A DNA stretch of 64,000 nucleotides from Spirochaetia bacterium (GTDB lineage: Bacteria > Spirochaetota > Spirochaetia > SZUA-6 > Bin103): NCBI GenBank assembly GCA_965203905.1, contig CBDBDQ010000005.1, positions 5,184,001 to 5,248,000 of the forward strand, written 5' to 3'. This document shows positions 10,183 to 18,847 of the stretch, one piece after another; the first letter of the stretch is position 1; the number at the start of each line of letters is the position of its first letter. Made by a program: the position numbers and the translations under genes. Below the pieces are notes generated by a model that was not told the DNA's origin, did not search any database, and saw nothing but the letters and a program-made list of their open reading frames with translations.

Positions 10183-11298
10183 GTGAGCTATACCCACCGC
10201 GAGCGGGTGCTGGCCGCGTTCCGTCACGAGCAGCCCGATCGCGTGCCGATGGACCTGATGGGCAACGCATCGATGCTGCTCGACGAGCCCTACCTGCTGC
10301 TGCGCGATCACCTGGGGCTGACGCCGATTCCGCCGGTGCGCGCCGGGCAACCGGCGAGCTACTACGACGAGCGCATCCTGGAGCACTTCGACATCGACTT
10401 CCGGCGCGTGTTTCTGCCGGTGCATCCGGAGGTGGACGTGGTGCACCACGCCGACGGTTCGTTCACCGATCCGTGGAAGATCCGCTACATCCGCGAGGGG
10501 CCATTCGTGAACTCGGTGGAGAACCCGCTGGCCGGCATCACCACGCTGGCGGAGCTGCAGGAGTACCGCTGGCCGCAGCCGCAGGAGATGTTCGCCACCG
10601 CCGGGCTGCGCGACACCGCGAAGCGGCTCTGCGAGGAGACCGACTACGCCATCGTGGCGCGCAACCCGCTGACGCAGGGGTTCCTCGACCGCGCCTGCTA
10701 CCTGATGGGAATGGGCGACTTCTTCGTCACCATCCGGCTCTACCCGGACCTGGCGCAGGCGATCTTCGACGGCATCCTGGAGGTGTACCGGGGGGTGTAC
10801 GAGATGTTCCTGGATGAGGTGGGACCCTACGTGCAGATGGTGGAGACCGCCGACGACCTGGGGACCTCGGGCAGCCTGATGGTGTCGCCCAAGATGTACC
10901 GCCAGCACATCAAGCCGGCGGAGGCGGTGCTGTGCGCGGCGATCCGCGAGCGGGCGCCGGACGCCTTCATCTTCCGCCACTGCGACGGCTCGGTGGCGCC
11001 GCTGCTGGATGACTTCATCGAGACCGGCACCGACGTCCTCAACCCGGTGCAGACCTCGCTGCCGGGGATGGACGCAGCCGAGCTCAAGCAGCAGTTCGGC
11101 GAACGCCTGGTTTTCCACGGCGGCGTGGAGGGCTACGAAGGACCACGCGATACCGTGGTAGAGGAGGTGCGCCGGCTGATCGACGCCTTCGCCCCCGGCG
11201 GCGGCTACGTGTTCGCCTCCTGCAACCACATCATCGAGGCGCCGCCGAAGAACGTGGTGGCCATGTTCGAGACCGCGCGCGACTACTCGGCGCGCTGA
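10183..11298 (+). CDS. Uroporphyrinogen decarboxylase-superfamily protein (MtaA/CmuA-like methyltransferase)
   Basis: RERVLAAFRHEQPDRVP, DDLGT, HCDG, LNPVQ, GGGYVFASCNHI. Confidence 0.88.
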   Translation: MSYTHRERVLAAFRHEQPDRVPMDLMGNASMLLDEPYLLLRDHLGLTPIPPVRAGQPASYYDERILEHFDIDFRRVFLPVHPEVDVVHHADGSFTDPWKIRYIREGPFVNSVENPLAGITTLAELQEYRWPQPQEMFATAGLRDTAKRLCEETDYAIVARNPLTQGFLDRACYLMGMGDFFVTIRLYPDLAQAIFDGILEVYRGVYEMFLDEVGPYVQMVETADDLGTSGSLMVSPKMYRQHIKPAEAVLCAAIRERAPDAFIFRHCDGSVAPLLDDFIETGTDVLNPVQTSLPGMDAAELKQQFGERLVFHGGVEGYEGPRDTVVEEVRRLIDAFAPGGGYVFASCNHIIEAPPKNVVAMFETARDYSAR

Positions 11299-11314
11299 TG
11301 CGGGGCACCTCCCC

Positions 11315-12298
11315 ATGAAGGTGCTCGGCTTCGGGGCGGTGCTGTGGGACGACATCGCCGATCCCGCGGCCCCCCCGGCCGACGCGGTCGCCGGCGAGGC
11401 CAACATCGGCGGCGCGGTGTTCAACGTGGTGGTGCACCTGCAGCGGCTGGGCTATGCGGCCTACATGCTGAGCGCCATCGGCCGCGACCCGCTCGGCGAG
11501 CGCACCTGGCGCGAGCTCGACCGCCTCGGCATCCGGCGCGACTTCATCGCCAGCGTCGCCGCGCCAACCTGCCTCATCGAGGTCACCTTCGACCGTGAAG
11601 GCCAGCCTCACTACAGCAGCCCGGACGTGGTGTCATGGGACCGCATCGAGGCGCCGGCCAACCTGGTCGCCGAGGTGGACGCCGCGGCCTTCGACGTGCT
11701 GGTGTTCGGCACCCTGGAACAGCGCAGCAGCACCTCCCGGGCGACCCTGCGGCGGGTGCTGGAGGGCGCCCGCTTCGAAAAAGTGTTCCTGGACCTGACG
11801 CTGCGCGGCGACTTCTACGACCGCGACCTGCTCGACTATTCCATGCGCCGGGCGGACATCATCAAGATGAACGACGACGAGGCGCGGGTGGTGAACGAGC
11901 TGTTCGGCTTCGGCCGGCCCGACCTGCGGGAACTGCTGCCGCTGATCGCCCGCGAGTTCGACGGCGACCTGGTGTGCATCACCCTGGGCGCCGACGGTAC
12001 GCTCGCGGGCGACCGCTCGCACGTGCTCCACGCCCCGGGTTACCGCGTCGCGGTGGTGGACACGGTGGGTTGCGGCGATGCCTTCAGCGCCGGCCTGCTC
12101 TACCGCCTCGGCACCGGCGGCTCGCTCGCCGAGGCCTGCGACTTCGGCAACCGCATGGGAGCCTTGATCTCGGCCAGGCGCCAGCTCGATCCCGGATTAC
12201 GATCTCGCCGAGCTCGACCGCCTGAGCCACTGAGGACGGCGCCGGCGCACGCGCCAGCCGAAGAGCACCCGTCGATAAATGCATTCGTGATACGGTAA
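11315..12298 (+). CDS. PfkB-family carbohydrate kinase (fructokinase-like); probable indel near 12178, true end likely ~12233
   Basis: GGAVFNV, KMNDDE, VDTVGCGDAFSAG PfkB signature. Confidence 0.88.
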   Translation: MKVLGFGAVLWDDIADPAAPPADAVAGEANIGGAVFNVVVHLQRLGYAAYMLSAIGRDPLGERTWRELDRLGIRRDFIASVAAPTCLIEVTFDREGQPHYSSPDVVSWDRIEAPANLVAEVDAAAFDVLVFGTLEQRSSTSRATLRRVLEGARFEKVFLDLTLRGDFYDRDLLDYSMRRADIIKMNDDEARVVNELFGFGRPDLRELLPLIAREFDGDLVCITLGADGTLAGDRSHVLHAPGYRVAVVDTVGCGDAFSAGLLYRLGTGGSLAEACDFGNRMGALISARRQLDPGLRSRRARPPEPLRTAPAHAPAEEHPSINAFVIR

Positions 12299-12306
12299 CG
12301 CTGTCT

Positions 12307-13347
12307 ATGGCGATGTGGGTCGGGCTGGCCCTGGTCTCGGCGCTGCTGTTCGGGGCGTCGACGCCGCTGAGCAAGCTGCTGCTGGAGCAGGTGAGTCCCT
12401 TCCAGTTGGCGGGACTGCTCTACCTGGGTGGGGCGTTGGGGGTGAGTCCGTTCGCGGTGCGCAAGCGGGTGCTGCGGCGAGTCGTGCGCCTGGACCGCGC
12501 CAACCAGGTGCGGCTGGCCGGCGCCGTGGTGCTGGGGGGCATGGCGGGTCCGGTGCTGCTGCTGCTGGGGTTGCGCCTGGCCGCGGCGGCATCGGTATCG
12601 CTGTGGCTCAACCTGGAGCTGGTCGCCACCGCGATCCTTGGCGTGGTGCTGTTCCGCGACCAGTTGAGCGGCCGCGCCTGGGTGGGAGCGGGGCTGGTGG
12701 TGGCCGCGGCGCTGCTGCTGTCCTGGGAGGAGCAGTCCGCCGGGTTCCTGCCCGGACTGCTGGTGGCGCTGGCCTGCGTCTGCTGGGGCTTCGACAATCA
12801 TTTCACCTCCTTGATCGACGGCTTGACGCCGCAGGAGACCACGCTGTGGAAGGGCCTGGTCGCCGGCGCCACCAACCTCGCCATCGGGCTGGGCGTCTCG
12901 CCCTGGATCGCCACCACGGGCACCGCGGCGGCGGCGCTGGGGCTGGGCGCGCTCGCCTACGGCGCCAGCATCGTGCTGTACATCGCCGCGGCGCAGAACA
13001 TCGGCGCCACCAGGGGGCAGCTCATGTTCTCCGCCGCGCCGTTCTTCGGCGTGCTGCTCGCCGTGGTGGTGCTGGGCGAGCCGTTCGGCACGCTCCAGAT
13101 CGCCGCTACCGCGGTCCTGGTGCTGGGCCTGCTGGTGCTGATGCGCGAAGGCCACGCCCACCGCCACCGCCACCCGGCCCAGGAGCACGAGCACTGGCAC
13201 CGCCACAACGACGGCCACCACCTACACCAGCATGCCGGGCTGCCGGCCTGGGCCGGCCACGTGCACCCGCACCGCCACGAGGCGGTGGAACACGAGCACC
13301 CCCACGTACCCGACGTGCACCACCGCCACAAGCACGACGACCCGTAG
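12307..13347 (+). CDS. EamA/DMT-family transporter with His-rich C-terminal tail
   Basis: About 10 hydrophobic helices, LLYLGGALG, WGFDNHFT; tail HAHRHRH...HVPDVHHRHKH. Confidence 0.88.
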   Translation: MAMWVGLALVSALLFGASTPLSKLLLEQVSPFQLAGLLYLGGALGVSPFAVRKRVLRRVVRLDRANQVRLAGAVVLGGMAGPVLLLLGLRLAAAASVSLWLNLELVATAILGVVLFRDQLSGRAWVGAGLVVAAALLLSWEEQSAGFLPGLLVALACVCWGFDNHFTSLIDGLTPQETTLWKGLVAGATNLAIGLGVSPWIATTGTAAAALGLGALAYGASIVLYIAAAQNIGATRGQLMFSAAPFFGVLLAVVVLGEPFGTLQIAATAVLVLGLLVLMREGHAHRHRHPAQEHEHWHRHNDGHHLHQHAGLPAWAGHVHPHRHEAVEHEHPHVPDVHHRHKHDDP

Positions 13348-13377
13348 CGGCTCCGTTACGGCAAAGTACGTACGGCG

Positions 13378-14034
13378 TCAGTTGGTCGGATATCCCGTAG
13401 GACGCGGAGACGTCGAACGCAGCCCGTCAATATGCTCGTGCAGTGCATCCCCGATCCGAGACCACATCGGATCCAAAACAAAGTCGATTCCCTCACGTCG
13501 AGCCAGCTTGGCAGCCGGAACAAAGTCACCGTCGCCAGAAACCAAGACGATTTGGTCAACCATCCTTTTCAGCGCGAGAGACGTGATATCGATTCCGATT
13601 TTCATATCAACCCCTTTCTGGTTGATGTCGAACTCGACGTCCGTCGGTGTCAGGTCGCTATGGGAAATGCTACCTCTTAGCAATTTCTTTGTAGCAAATG
13701 GTTTAATTACCCACTTGTATCCGGTGAGGTAGCCAAGGCGTAGCGCAACCTTGCGCTTACGCTTGAGCTGTTCATGAAATTCTACTCGGAACGCTGCCCC
13801 AGGGAGTTTCGAAAAGTCCACCGATTGGCCACTTATAGGATGGTGCGATTTCTTCATCAACGGAGGGCAGTCGTAGACCAGTATGCGGTATAGGTCGGCA
13901 TCGTCTACGTGGTACATCGCCATCCTGTACAACGTATCAGCCACAACAACGGATGATTTGTAATCGTGATCCGGATAGACGTGACGGAAGCGCTTCAGAA
14001 AGAAAGCGCCATCAATGAGAATAGCAGTAGACAT
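13378..14034 (-). CDS. NYN-domain (LabA/DUF88, PIN-like) ribonuclease
   Basis: ILIDGAF, QKGVDMKIGIDI, LVSGDGDFVPAAKLARREG; AGGAG RBS at 14043-14047; visibly lower GC than flanks. Confidence 0.92.
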   Translation of the reverse strand: MSTAILIDGAFFLKRFRHVYPDHDYKSSVVVADTLYRMAMYHVDDADLYRILVYDCPPLMKKSHHPISGQSVDFSKLPGAAFRVEFHEQLKRKRKVALRLGYLTGYKWVIKPFATKKLLRGSISHSDLTPTDVEFDINQKGVDMKIGIDITSLALKRMVDQIVLVSGDGDFVPAAKLARREGIDFVLDPMWSRIGDALHEHIDGLRSTSPRPTGYPTN

Positions 14035-14054
14035 GATCCAATCTCCTATTAATC

Positions 14055-14125
14055 AAAAAGCCTTTGGGATCGGCTTTCTCACCCCAACATTCGGAGAAAG
14101 CGTACTGCCAAAGGCTACAAACTAC
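14055..14125 (-). ncRNA. Structured RNA leader upstream of the NYN gene (nested hairpin plus U-tract)
   Basis: Stem 14059-14067/14108-14116, inner stem 14073-14080/14094-14101, internal loop CAGUAC/CGAUC, then UUUUU. Confidence 0.55.
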
Positions 14126-14129
14126 ACCT

Positions 14130-14158
14130 AACGTAGCAGTGACGACGGGGAATGTCAA
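14130..14158 (-). promoter_or_regulatory. sigma70 promoter of the leader RNA and NYN gene
   Basis: TTGACA-17 nt-TACGTT with extended -10 TGn. Confidence 0.7.
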
Positions 14159-14296
14159 CATAGCCGTCGGATTGGTCGGAACCGGCCCGTGCCGAACCGC
14201 CGGCACAACGTGCCAGGGCAGTCCGTGCTGGTGCGCACCACGGGACGGCATCTGCCGCCGCCGGCGAGCGGTGACGCAAGGCGTGCCCTGAGGCGG

Positions 14297-15160
14297 TTAG
14301 CGCAGGCCGCAGACCCAGTTGGTGGGGATCGGTTCGGCGGCGCCGTCGTAGCTGATCTCGAACGGGCGCAGCAGCGCGGTGAGCTCGGGCGCGGCGTGCG
14401 GGGAGAACTGGAAGCCGCGCTCCACCGCCGCCACCGAGGCGCGGGTCCGCTCCGGGAGCTCCGGGAACGCCGGGTAGTACCACATGGTGAGGCAGGTGCG
14501 TCGCGTGTCGCTGTCGTTGCCGTGGGCGGCGTGAAACAGGCTGCCGTACCCGGCCACGAAGTCGCCGGCGCGCAACGGCACGTCCACCTCGTCGTCGTAG
14601 TGCGCGAACGCCGGGTTGTGCTGGGGATCCAGATACTTCCGGTTCTCGTCGGTGTGCGTCTCCGGCACCAGGTCGTGCAGCGCGTGGCGTTTCAGGTGGG
14701 AGCCCGGAATCACGCGCAGGCAGCCGTTCTCCGGGGTAGTGTCGGTCAGGTAGAACATCAGGAACGCCTGGATCGGGACCGGCGTGTAGCTCACCGGGTC
14801 GTCCCAGAAGCGGCCGTCCTCGTGCCAGAACAGGGGCGGGCTGTGCGGCGGCTTGCTGATCACCCGCCCGTGGCCGAACTTGGGGTCGTGAAACCCGAGC
14901 CGCGCCAGCGCCTGCAGGATCGGCGGGTAGGCGATGAACTCCGCGAACACCGGGAAGCGCTCGATGAACGTCCCGTTCACCAGGATCATGCTGCCGGTGG
15001 CCACCTGCTCGGCGAAGTGCTGCCCGTCCTGTTCCGCCAGGCTGGCGTCGCTGGCGGCCCGCAGGCGCTCCAGGAGCCCCTCGTCCAGCACGTTGCGGAA
15101 GATGTAGAACCCGTCACGGTCGAACTGAGCACGTTCCGCGCTCACGGTCTGCGTCGCCAT
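14297..15160 (-). CDS. Phytanoyl-CoA dioxygenase (PhyH) family Fe(II)/2OG oxygenase
   Basis: QFDRDGFYI, WHED (HxD), NGCLRVIPGSH, distal HAAHGN...RR; start MATQ ~15160. Confidence 0.88.
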   Translation of the reverse strand: MATQTVSAERAQFDRDGFYIFRNVLDEGLLERLRAASDASLAEQDGQHFAEQVATGSMILVNGTFIERFPVFAEFIAYPPILQALARLGFHDPKFGHGRVISKPPHSPPLFWHEDGRFWDDPVSYTPVPIQAFLMFYLTDTTPENGCLRVIPGSHLKRHALHDLVPETHTDENRKYLDPQHNPAFAHYDDEVDVPLRAGDFVAGYGSLFHAAHGNDSDTRRTCLTMWYYPAFPELPERTRASVAAVERGFQFSPHAAPELTALLRPFEISYDGAAEPIPTNWVCGLR

Positions 15161-15497
15161 GACCCCATCATGCCGTCCACGCAACATCGCGGCAACAACG
15201 CCAACAACGCCCTTAAGCCAGCGCGTTCACGCGGGACTCGTCGTGCTCTCCGGCGCGCTCGAACCGCTACATTCCCCACACGGCGATCGGTACGCCGGCG
15301 GCGGTCTCCGTGCGGCAGTAGACCTTGTCGTTCCATGGCTTGCCGTCCGTGCGGCCTGCAGCAGCAACTGGGGATCGGCCTCGCGGTACCGGAATCGCTC
15401 GACCCAGTGTTCGGAGTGCTCGCGGAAGAACCGCTGGGAGAGGGGCCCTCGCCGGGCGCACGCCTGGCGAGGGCTGGTTTGGTCTTGGATGCGACGG

Positions 15498-17522
15498 CTA
15501 TTCGCTCAGGAACCAAGTCTCCGGCTTGACGTCGCGGAAGTACTGGACGTCGTCCCCGTAGAAGCGCACGTCACGCGGGAAGTTGCGCAGCTTGTTGCTG
15601 ACGATGATCGGCCGCGGGATGAATCCGACGGTGCCGATCACCATCACGTTCTCGGAGATGAAGTCGAATACCTCTACGGCAAGGCGATCGCGCTCGGCTT
15701 CGTCGGTCTCGGCGAACCAGCGGCTGGCCGTTTCGTAGAGTTTCTTGTACTTCTCCGGCGGCTCCTCGCCCCTCTCGCCGCCCGACAGATGCCAGTCGGT
15801 CCACAGGATCTGGCGCAGCCGGCCGCCCCAGAGGAAGGCATTTACCGGATTGTACCCCTTGCGTACGTTGGTCATCCTGAGCATGTTCACCACGACATCG
15901 TGCTTGTTGCCCTGGACCGGCGACTCGTACAGGTCCCAGTCGGTGGCGCGCCAGTCCACCTTGACCCCCACATCTCGCCAGTACTCCACCACCAACTCGT
16001 TGATATCCACCACGCTCTGCCATTCGGCAGGCGCATTGAATACCAGCTCCAGGGTTTCTCCGTCCGGGCGGACCCGGAACTTGCCATCCTGATCGTACTT
16101 CAGACCCATCTCGTCGAGAAGCTGCTTGGCGCGCTCCGGATCGTACTCGGCGAAGTGGCTCGCCCATTCGTCCTTGTAGAAGGTGTTTTCCGGGTTCATG
16201 GCCGCCTGGCGTGGCGTCGCCATGCCGAAGAATACGACCTCGTTGATCTCGTCTCGGTTGATCGCCAGCGACATGGCCTGGCGGAAGCGGACGTCCTGGA
16301 AAACCTCGCGCAAGACGGGATCCTCGCTGTTCATGTTGAAGGCGTATACCGCCTCCCCGCCCGCGGCGTGCGGCCATAGCAGCACTTCGTAGTCGCCTTT
16401 CTCGGCATTCTCCTTGTAGAGCGGAAGGTTGTTGGCCGTGGTGGTCAGCCCGACGATGGTCATGTCGCCGGAGATGGCCATCAGGTTGTAGGCCTCCTGG
16501 TCGGCGACCGTGTCGACCCGCAGCCGGTCGAGGTAGGGGAGCTGGTTGCCGGCCGGGTCGATCGCCCAGTGGTAGGGATTGCGCACGTACGTCGTGTGCA
16601 GGGTGCCGATGTCGGCGTAGATCCAGGATTGCAGCGCCGGCGCATCCGCGTCCCTCACGCGGAAGTCGGAGTTCGACGTACTGTGAGAATTGAAGGCCTG
16701 CACCCAGGACTCGAACCCCTCCTCCTTGGCAAGCTTCTCGGCGTCCGAGTTGTACTTCGGGTGCCACTTCGACATGTAGTGCTTCGGATACATGCGCGGA
16801 TACCATCCGCCCCACCATTCATACCAGCCTATGAGCGTGGGAAACGGCTCGGCGTAATGGATGCGCACCGTGTAGTCGTCGACCCGCTCGCCGCGTGCTA
16901 TCGGTCCCCAGTTGAGTTTGACCCAGCTATCCGGGAAGTCCGGGGTCAGGTGCCAGTCCTCGAGCCAGAACATGACATCATCGGCCGTGTATGGCGCGCC
17001 GTCGGACCACTTCAACCCCTTGCGCAGGTGCATGGTGAGGACCGTCTGGTCGGCCGAGAACTCGAATCCCTTGTGGATGAAGGGCACGACCAGGTGGGGA
17101 GCCCCGGGTCCACGGTTGGCGGTCTGTATCGTCCCGACCAGTCCACGCAGGGGCGTGATTTCGGTGTACGCGGTGCCGACAGCCGGAGTGATCAGTGTGC
17201 CGCCGTACTGGCCGATCCCTTCGAGGACGTTGAGGACCAGCGGCTCCTCGGGCAAGCGCTCTTCGACCGGGGGCAGCTCTCCCGCCGCCACCTGCGCCGC
17301 CAGCATCGGCGCCTCGCCGAACTGGGAGATCTGGTTACCGGTGTCCTGCTCGTAGTCGGCCAGGGTATCCCACTGCCACACCTCCGACGGCGGCAGGTCC
17401 ATCATCGCTGCCGCACCCTCCCCGGTCTGATCTTCCGTCTCGTCAGCGCCGGTCGCGAACGCCAGGGTTCCCGCCAGTGTGACGCCGGTCGCCACAGCCA
17501 TGAGTCGTAACACTTCTCGCAC
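15498..17522 (-). CDS. ABC family-5 solute-binding protein
   Basis: EAPMLAAQVAAGELPPVEERLP, LRKGLKWSDGAPYTADDV, RNPYHWAIDPAGNQLPYLD, FRQAMSLAINR; GTG start after GAGGAGG. Confidence 0.92.
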   Translation of the reverse strand: MREVLRLMAVATGVTLAGTLAFATGADETEDQTGEGAAAMMDLPPSEVWQWDTLADYEQDTGNQISQFGEAPMLAAQVAAGELPPVEERLPEEPLVLNVLEGIGQYGGTLITPAVGTAYTEITPLRGLVGTIQTANRGPGAPHLVVPFIHKGFEFSADQTVLTMHLRKGLKWSDGAPYTADDVMFWLEDWHLTPDFPDSWVKLNWGPIARGERVDDYTVRIHYAEPFPTLIGWYEWWGGWYPRMYPKHYMSKWHPKYNSDAEKLAKEEGFESWVQAFNSHSTSNSDFRVRDADAPALQSWIYADIGTLHTTYVRNPYHWAIDPAGNQLPYLDRLRVDTVADQEAYNLMAISGDMTIVGLTTTANNLPLYKENAEKGDYEVLLWPHAAGGEAVYAFNMNSEDPVLREVFQDVRFRQAMSLAINRDEINEVVFFGMATPRQAAMNPENTFYKDEWASHFAEYDPERAKQLLDEMGLKYDQDGKFRVRPDGETLELVFNAPAEWQSVVDINELVVEYWRDVGVKVDWRATDWDLYESPVQGNKHDVVVNMLRMTNVRKGYNPVNAFLWGGRLRQILWTDWHLSGGERGEEPPEKYKKLYETASRWFAETDEAERDRLAVEVFDFISENVMVIGTVGFIPRPIIVSNKLRNFPRDVRFYGDDVQYFRDVKPETWFLSE

Positions 17523-17573
17523 AATTGCCTCCTCTCCGAAGCGACAATCCTGAACGACAGGCTCGTGTTGTGA

Positions 17574-17639
17574 AGCATCGGTTTGGTCGTGCCTGGTCCG
17601 AAACTGGTTCATGTTACGGCTCCGGTGCGATCTGTCAAC
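17574..17639 (-). promoter_or_regulatory. Promoter plus putative operator, copy A (paralog at 19945-20010)
   Basis: TTGACA-16 nt-TAACAT followed by AACCAGTT. Confidence 0.6.
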
Positions 17640-17677
17640 CGGCTGTGGCGGCGGTGGCGGCGGTTGTGGTGGTGAGG

Positions 17678-18847
17678 TTAGTTCCGGTACGGGTCGGCGG
17701 CGTCGCGCAGGCCGTCGCCGACGAAGTTGAACGCCAGGACGGTCACGATCACGAACAGCCCCGGGATCAACAGCCAAGGGTGCAGCGCCACCGTCTGCAA
17801 CTTCTGCGCCTCCTCGAGCAGCACGCCCCAGCTCACCACCGGCGGCCGCAGTCCCAGCCCGAGGAAGCTCAGAGCGGTCTCGCCGAGGATCATGCCGGGC
17901 ACCGCAAGGGTCAGATTGACGATCAGGTAGCTCAGAAACGAGGGCAGCAGGTGGCGGGCAATGGTGGCGGCTGCCGGCGAGCCCGAGATCGTCGCCGCCA
18001 TCACGAAGTCCTCTTCCCGGAGTTGCAGCAGTTTGCCGCGCACCACCCGCGCGAGCCCACCCCAGCTCACAATCGACAGGATGATGGTGATCGCGAGGTA
18101 GACCTGCAGGGCGCCCCACTCACGTGGCATCGCCGCCGACAGCGCCATCCACAGCGGGATGGTCGGGATCGACTGCATGAACTCGATCAGGCGCTGCACG
18201 GCCATGTCGGAACGACCGCCGAAAAAGCCGGAGATGCCGCCCAGGGTACAACCCAGCACGAAGGTCATTGTCACACCGATCAGGCCGATGGACAGCGAGG
18301 TACGGGCGGCATACAGCACCCGCGAATAGAGGTCGCGGCCGAACCTGTCGGTCCCCAACAGGAACAGGGTGCCCTCGTCGACCCCGAGGAGATGTATTCT
18401 GCTCCGAAACAGCGACCACAATTCGTATTCGTCGCCGCGTCGGAACAGGCGGATGTAGCTGCGTCGGGTCTTGTCGGCGTGATAGTTCTTGCGAAACGTC
18501 TCCATGTTCAGCTCCAGGCGCAGGGGGTAGACGAAGGGGCGCAAGGAAAAGCCCTGGTCGCTGAAAAAGCGTATCCGCTGCGGGGGAGCGTAGATGTGTT
18601 CGGAGTTGCGCTTGGCAATATCCTGGGTGGCAAAGAACTCGGCGAAGATGGCTACGAGGTAGAGTACGGCCAGCACCATCAACCCCACGAGGGCCAGCTT
18701 GTGACGCACGAACTTGCGCCGCATCAACTGCCACTGGGAGGCGACGAAGTAGCTTTCGTCGAAGCCTTCTCCGGTCTGGTCGGCGGTCGCGGGCGGCTGC
18801 GTTGTCGGCGGCCGAGCCGACGCGCCGGGGTGAACCGGTTCGCTCAC
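17678..18847 (-). CDS. ABC permease DppC/OppC-like
   Basis: LLGTDRFGRD, ARVVRGKLLQLREEDFV, ETALSFLGLG, GDGLRDAADPY; GTG overlaps upstream stop. Confidence 0.93.
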   Translation of the reverse strand: MSEPVHPGASARPPTTQPPATADQTGEGFDESYFVASQWQLMRRKFVRHKLALVGLMVLAVLYLVAIFAEFFATQDIAKRNSEHIYAPPQRIRFFSDQGFSLRPFVYPLRLELNMETFRKNYHADKTRRSYIRLFRRGDEYELWSLFRSRIHLLGVDEGTLFLLGTDRFGRDLYSRVLYAARTSLSIGLIGVTMTFVLGCTLGGISGFFGGRSDMAVQRLIEFMQSIPTIPLWMALSAAMPREWGALQVYLAITIILSIVSWGGLARVVRGKLLQLREEDFVMAATISGSPAAATIARHLLPSFLSYLIVNLTLAVPGMILGETALSFLGLGLRPPVVSWGVLLEEAQKLQTVALHPWLLIPGLFVIVTVLAFNFVGDGLRDAADPYRN

